Shown here piece after piece: positions 61,605 through 64,000 of a DNA stretch of 64,000 nucleotides; the stretch's first letter is position 1, and each line of letters starts with the position of its first letter. Both the position numbers and the translations under genes were made by a program. This stretch comes from Halarcobacter sp. (lineage in GTDB: Bacteria; Campylobacterota; Campylobacteria; Campylobacterales; Arcobacteraceae). The notes beneath the pieces are model-generated. The model saw nothing but the letters and a program-made list of their open reading frames with translations. It was not told the origin of the DNA and did no database searches. Where the stretch lies: positions 3,520,001-3,584,000 of the forward strand of contig CP182352.1 in the NCBI GenBank assembly GCA_048571215.1, given 5' to 3'.

Positions 61605-63734
61605 ATGGAAGAATTAGAAAAAACAGTTAATAGAAAAGTAGATACTCTTTTAGAGTCTCTATTTTTTATTGCTAAATATTATCAAAGAGCGACTTCTAAA
61701 GAGTCATTACTTAATGGCTTGTCAATTTTTGGAGATGTAATGGATGTTGATAATTTTATTCAAGCATCAAAAAAGGTTGCATTAATCTCAAAATTTGTTA
61801 AAAGAGATAATATTGAAGATATAAATAAATTAACATTTCCAGCTGTAATTTTCACAACAAAATACGACTCTATGATTTTACTTGACTACGATGAAGAAGG
61901 GAATAGTGCAAATTTGATTATTCCTGAATTGAGTTTAGGTGAAACTACTATGCCATTAGATGAACTTAATTCACTTTATACAGGCAGGGTAATTATTATT
62001 AAGCCTGCATATAATTTTGAAAATCGTTCTTCAAGAGAAGTATCTATCTTAAATCCAAAAAAATGGTTTTGGGATACAATGAAGAAAAGTAAAGAGTTCT
62101 ACGCAAGAGTTATTGTTGCAACTATTTTTATCAATATCTTTGTGATAGCTTTACCTTTATTTATAATGAATGTCTATGATAGAATTTTACCAAACAATGC
62201 TATTGAATCCTTATGGGCATTAGCAATTGGTGTATTTGTTGTAATGATATTTGATTTTATTCTTAAAATTATTAGGTCGTATTACATTGGTAAAGCTTCA
62301 AAAAAAGCAGATATCATTATGTCAAATAAAATATTTGATCATCTTTTAAATTTAAGGCTTGATTCTAGACCTTCATCTACTGGTATGTTTGTTAATAGAT
62401 TACAATCTTTTGAATCTATAAAAGAGTTTTTTACAACAGCAACAATTACTACTTTAGTGGATATTCCATTTTTATTTATTTTTGTAGCAATTATTTTTTA
62501 TATTGGTGGACCTTTAGGATGGATTCCTGTAATTACAATAATTATAGCTCTAATTAGTTCTTTTTTTATGCAAAAGATAATTAAAAAAAATGTTACAAAT
62601 ACAGTTAATGAGGAACAATTAAAACAAACAACATTAAATGAAACTGTAACAGGATTAGAAATAATAAAAAGTGTTCGCGGTCAAAATAGAATGAAAACAC
62701 ACTGGGATAAATCATTAAGTCAAACAGCATATTATGGAGAAAAAACACAACTTTTCTCACAAGTTGCAAGTGGCCTTACCGATTTTATAACAAAGTTTTC
62801 AAATGTAGTTATTATTGTATTTGGAGTTTTTTTAGCTTCAAGTGGTGATATGACGATGGGTGCAATCGTAGCTTCAATGATGTTAAACAGAAGAGCAGTT
62901 GCTCCTGCATCAAAGATTGTGAATCTAGTTATAAAATATGATAGAGCAATGATTGCATTAAAAAATATTGATGACATTATGAGTTTAGATGTTGAAAAAG
63001 ATCATAAAGTATATTTAAGTAGACCCCATTTAATTGGAGACATAGAGTTTCAAGATGTAAGTTTTTCTTATAAAAAACAAAATTATGAAGTATTAAAAAA
63101 TATAAATTTAAAGATAAATCAAGGTGAAAAAGTAGCGATTTTAGGAAAAATTGGTTCAGGAAAGTCAACACTAATTAAGATGATTCAAAATCTTTATGTT
63201 CCAACAAAAGGTTCAATTTTAATTGATAATACAGATGTTAGACAAATTGACCCAGTAGATTTAAGAAAGGCTATAGGTGTTGTTCCTCAAGAATCATTTT
63301 TATTTATGGGAAGTGTAAAAGATAATATTACAATAGGAGATCCTTTTGCAACAGATGAGGAGATATTAAAAGCTTCAAAAATTGCTGGAGTTCATGATTT
63401 CTTAGGTAAACATGAAGCGGGTTATGATTTTCTTGTAGGTGAAAGAGGAGAAGGATTAAGTGGTGGTGAAATTCAATCTATTACTTTAGCAAGAGCACTT
63501 GTAAGTAATCCAGATTTTATGATATTTGATGAGCCTACAAACTCAATGGATAAACAAACAGAAAGAGATTTTTTAAAAAAATTAAAACTTATTTTAGATA
63601 AACAAACTGTGATTATTGTTACCCATAAGTTATCTTTATTGTCTTTGGTTGATAGGGTAATAGTTTTAGATAATGGTAAAATAGTAGCTGATGGTCCAAA
63701 AGAAAAAGTATTTTCTAAAGCGAATAAAGAGTAG
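61605..63734 (+). CDS. Type I secretion ABC transporter (LapB/HlyB-type, C39-like N-terminus)
   Basis: PLFIMNVYDRILPN, GKIGSGKST, LSGGEIQ, IFDEPT. Confidence 0.95.
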   Translation: MEELEKTVNRKVDTLLESLFFIAKYYQRATSKESLLNGLSIFGDVMDVDNFIQASKKVALISKFVKRDNIEDINKLTFPAVIFTTKYDSMILLDYDEEGNSANLIIPELSLGETTMPLDELNSLYTGRVIIIKPAYNFENRSSREVSILNPKKWFWDTMKKSKEFYARVIVATIFINIFVIALPLFIMNVYDRILPNNAIESLWALAIGVFVVMIFDFILKIIRSYYIGKASKKADIIMSNKIFDHLLNLRLDSRPSSTGMFVNRLQSFESIKEFFTTATITTLVDIPFLFIFVAIIFYIGGPLGWIPVITIIIALISSFFMQKIIKKNVTNTVNEEQLKQTTLNETVTGLEIIKSVRGQNRMKTHWDKSLSQTAYYGEKTQLFSQVASGLTDFITKFSNVVIIVFGVFLASSGDMTMGAIVASMMLNRRAVAPASKIVNLVIKYDRAMIALKNIDDIMSLDVEKDHKVYLSRPHLIGDIEFQDVSFSYKKQNYEVLKNINLKINQGEKVAILGKIGSGKSTLIKMIQNLYVPTKGSILIDNTDVRQIDPVDLRKAIGVVPQESFLFMGSVKDNITIGDPFATDEEILKASKIAGVHDFLGKHEAGYDFLVGERGEGLSGGEIQSITLARALVSNPDFMIFDEPTNSMDKQTERDFLKKLKLILDKQTVIIVTHKLSLLSLVDRVIVLDNGKIVADGPKEKVFSKANKE

Positions 63735-63736
63735 TT

Positions 63737-64000
63737 ATGAAAAAGAATAATGATATAAATTTTGTGCATAACCTTTATGGTCAAGCAAATGAAAAAGCTT
63801 CATCAAAAATAGATTTTTTATTTATATTTATTTTATGCTTTTTAGTAGCTGCCATTGTTTGGTCAAGTATAGCTCAAATAGATGAATTAGCAAGGGGTCA
63901 AGGTAAAGTAATCCCTTCAAGTAAAATCCAAACTATTCAATCTTTAGATGGAGGATTAGTTGAAGAGATTTTAGTTAAATCTGGTGATCAAGTAAAAAAA
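63737..64000 (+). CDS. HlyD/LapC-family T1SS membrane fusion protein, 3'-truncated by window edge
   Basis: TM then IDELARGQGKVIPSSKIQTIQSLDGGLVEEILVKSGDQV. Confidence 0.93.
   Translation, partial: MKKNNDINFVHNLYGQANEKASSKIDFLFIFILCFLVAAIVWSSIAQIDELARGQGKVIPSSKIQTIQSLDGGLVEEILVKSGDQVKK

Overview
AT-rich chromosome segment from a Campylobacterota organism; gene content and protein style suggest Arcobacteraceae (inference). The left part (1-29.1 kb) is mostly housekeeping: truA (partial), two-component pairs, a TAXI-TRAP transporter, hrcA-grpE-dnaK with CIRCE and HAIR-like operators, mltA, psd, thioredoxin-dsbD, a DASS transporter, dtd, htrA-cprRS-like, ilvD and a tRNA-Leu/Ser/Cys operon. After tRNA-Cys a >34 kb accessory locus begins. 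It holds an HD-GYP protein, then a co-oriented run of unusual enzymes: an AMMECR1-like/alpha-toroid-kinase-Sel1 fusion, a secreted HExxH peptidase, three divergent MurF-like ligases (one fused to a DUF2156 aminoacyl-transferase-like domain), two cyanophycin-synthetase-like ATP-grasp ligases, a stand-alone AnkX-like Fic protein, a LicC-like cytidylyltransferase/PLP-enzyme fusion and a cytoplasmic CapA-like phosphoesterase. These lie directly upstream of a 2563-aa protein with ~916 Thr-Asp/Ser-Asp dipeptides, a LapA-like N-terminus and an RTX-like C-terminus, followed by a two-component pair and a Lap-type type I secretion system. Main hypothesis (inference, untested): a dedicated system that decorates a giant T1SS-exported acidic scaffold protein, with phospho-aminoalcohol on Ser/Thr and amino-acid branches on Asp or on the added amines. 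All family assignments come from motif recognition by eye; no searches were run.
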